Source of the DNA: Camelus dromedarius
Taxonomy: Eukaryota
Direction: 5' to 3'
DNA: 64,000 nucleotides
NCBI RefSeq assembly: GCF_036321535.1
Contig: NC_087438.1
Span: forward strand, 10,728,001-10,792,000
Part shown: piece after piece, positions 61,285-64,000 of the stretch
How positions within the stretch are numbered: the first letter of the stretch is position 1
Layout of the letters: every line of letters starts with the position of its first letter
Translations under genes and position numbers: made by a program
Notes under the pieces: generated by a model
Told to the model about the DNA's origin: nothing
Seen by the model: the letters and a program-made list of their open reading frames with translations, nothing else
Databases searched by the model: none

Positions 61285-62015
61285 CAACGGAGAACAGTAT
61301 GGAGTTTCCTCCAAAAATGAAACACAGAGTGACTCTAGGATCCAGGAAGTGTACACCCCAAAGAGTGAAAATCAGCATCTCAAAGAGATAACTGTACTCC
61401 CAGGCTCACTCACTGCAGCAATATTCACAGTAGCTGAGGGGTGGCAACAGCTTAGATGTCCACTGACAGATGAACAGATAAAGAAAATGTGGTCTATACA
61501 CACAGTGAAATATTCCTCAGGCTTAAAAAAAAAAAAAAAAAAAAGGAAATCCTGCCACTGGAGACAACCTGGATGTAACTGGAGGACACTGTCCTAGTGA
61601 AATTAACCAAGCACAGGACAAATGCTGCCTGATCCCACTTACATGAGGTATTGAAAACAGTCAGCTCAGTGCCTGAGTAGAAGGGTGGTTGCCGGGGCAC
61701 AGTAGATGGGGAAAGTTGTTCAACAGGCATGAAGTTTCAGTTGTACAAGATGAGCAAGTTCTGGAGATCTGCTCTACAGCACGGATCCGATAGTTAACCA
61801 TGCTGTACTGTGCACCTGGAAACTTGTCAAGAGGGTAGACCTCACTTTAAGTTCTTATCACAAAAAAAAAAAAAAAAAAAAGGCTGGGGGTGGGGAAGGG
61901 CAGGAGGAAACTTTGGAGGTGACACTGTTTATCACCTTGGGAATATGCATGCCTCCAAATTCATCCAAGTGTGTATATTGGAAAGGAGTCTTCTTAAAGG
62001 GAAGAAAAAAAAATA
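61285..62015 (+). mobile_element. Old L1 (L1MB-like) 3' region
   Basis: gaacagtatggagtttcctccaaaa...agatgtccactgacagatgaacagataaagaaaatgtgg...caagttctggagatctgct. Confidence 0.85.
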
Positions 62016-62070
62016 CTGAGGAATTTTATACATCCCTAGTTTTTCCTTTGCGTGTGTTTTTGAGGAACAA

Positions 62071-62089
62071 TGTTGCCCTCTAGTGTTCA
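62071..62089 (-). promoter_or_regulatory. CTCF binding motif (weaker)
   Basis: Minus strand TGAACACTAGAGGGCAACA, core CACTAGAGGGCA. Confidence 0.5.
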
Positions 62090-62829
62090 AGCTTGTTTCC
62101 TTTATTTCACGCTGGGAGGGGCGGCAAAGGGTTCAAATGTGACTGCATGACAAATTCACCTTGTTGTTTCAGTCCCCTGTGGCGTTTTTGGTTAAGGTTT
62201 TCAATTGAAACAAAGGTGAAAATACTACTCGTTCTTTTCTTTTTTTTTGCTTACTAGAAATAGTGCATTAATTAGAAGAACCCAGGCAGGCAAAGACCAG
62301 TTTGAAAAATGGCGTAAAAGCTTGCATAGTACATAGCAGACCCTTGATTCAGAGTCCCGTGTCCTATGACAGTCAAACACAGTTTCCATTACTTCCAGGC
62401 ATTTGTAAAATGCTCAGCGTTTCCATTAACGTGATGTGACATTTATGCAATACACACACAAGGCAAAAGTTTATACTCAGTATGTATAGTCTGGGTTTTT
62501 ATTAAGACTATTCTTTCAAAACAAATTTCTTGAAATAAAATAATTTTTAGCCTTTTTTTCCCCTCAACTTCCTTCGAGTGTGACCAAATAAACTTCTAGT
62601 TTGAACCACAAGGATGCTGTCTTTTGGGAAATCAAAGTCAAGAGAATGGAGTAAGGATGGTAATATTACTCTCTATTTATAAATTGAGAAAAAGAGCATA
62701 TGAATTTTTAAAATGACAGCATACGGTTAGTGTTGGTCTGCAGTGCGTAGCTCCCCTCCCTTTTTCACATATTTTCTCTGGAAGCTGTGCTCATCCCGGA
62801 CCTCTCTGGCTTGTGAGAAATTGCATAAC

Positions 62830-63040
62830 ACGAAATTGACAGTGTGGGCAGTCAGACAAACCTGGGTGAGTCCTGGACTTGCTAGTTCTCCCTGAGATGT
62901 TGGGTAATAAATCTAACCTCTGAATCTCAATTACTGTAAAATGGGAGCGGTCGTCTACTTTATCTCTTAAGAGACATAAAAATTAAATGGGATAAAGTAT
63001 GTGAAAGCATCTAGCACAGTGCCTAGCACAGTATATACAT
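62830..63040 (+). mobile_element. MIR SINE
   Basis: gtcagacaaacctgggtgagtcctgg...taacctctgaatctca..ctgtaaaatggg...tgtgaaagcatctagcacagtgcctagcacag. Confidence 0.8.
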
Positions 63041-64000
63041 TAGCATTAACAAAGGAGAGCACGATGTAAAAAAGCACGTCACAGATTCTTTGCAATAGTG
63101 AGTTTTGCTATCAAAAAAAAAAAAAAGGTACTCTGGACCCAAATAAGAATAGACTTTTGCCTTTGGAATTATTTTCAGCAACGATGTGTCAGTATACAGT
63201 CCAAATCCCAAAGCAGAGTCCATAACCCAAACGGCAAAGCCCTCCCGCCATCTTGCAGGCAAAGCAGTCATAATTTTTGTTTTCTGGACTGAGCAATTTA
63301 CTCTTTCCTGTTCCATCCAAGATTGCCTTGAAACTACTACTATAAATTGTGAATCATTTATAAAATTCAGAGTGCACCCTTCCTCACGAGTGGAGCGCCT
63401 CTTCCCGTAAATGTTATTACTGAAAGGACTGCTTAGAAACTCCTTTTTCCTTTTAATTTCCAGTGAACCAGTTGTGTAGGATTACCTTCCTATCAAAGCT
63501 GGCCTCCTGTCTTGTCTATTTTTATTATTCGTGGTGGATTTTGGAACAAACTTTACATTAACTTAAATTTTCCTTTGAGTATAACCTTCAATCAATGTGA
63601 GACGGGAATCCAGGGTCCCAGCCTGATCTGATGTATTGGGCATCCCCTCTACCAAGCCCCATTCTTGAAACTTACGAGAACTCCGGCATGGTGAGGGGTG
63701 AAGCGAGAGGCGTGAGGCTGGGAGTCACCCTTCCCAGCCGCCACCAACCTCAGAGCTCTGTACAGTTCAGGACTCTTTCAATTCAAAGTTGCAGGAGCTC
63801 GACTCAGATTTGTTTAAGCAGCAAAGAGAATGTATTAGTTTGCGAGACTCAAGAGTCTAGGGTAGATATCTGCGTTAGCCTTTCGGAGGGATGCCTCAGA
63901 AAATACGACCAGGACTTTATCTGGGGCTTGGCAGTTTGTTTTATGCATTACATGCATCATATGCATTATATGAATACATAGTCAGAATTTTGTCTTCATT

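Overview
Mammalian non-coding genomic DNA (intergenic or deep intronic), most likely from a camelid. The lineage call rests on three copies of a short tRNA-derived SINE of the Vic-1 type, many artiodactyl-type L1 3' ends, and no recognisable Bov-tA, CHR, PRE-1 or Alu elements. I find no credible protein-coding gene; the only ORFs with recognisable protein motifs are decayed LINE-1 ORF2 fragments. A large part of the window is interspersed repeat: about 18 5'-truncated L1 3' ends plus older L1s, L2, MIR, MaLR/ERVL/ERV1 solo LTRs, and MER82, MER94 and MER5-type DNA transposons. The most interesting signals are mechanistic records of retrotransposition: a polyadenylated ERV-LTR retrocopy, a twin-priming inversion, two likely 3' transductions, two same-site re-insertions and a poly(A)-only insertion. 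There are also candidate functional elements: two co-oriented CTCF sites, an NRF1+ETS promoter-like patch with a splice donor, a well-formed orphan exon and an AT-rich hairpin. Repeat family names come from recall of consensus sequences, not from a search, and boundaries of old repeats are approximate. I see no evidence of a novel multi-gene system.
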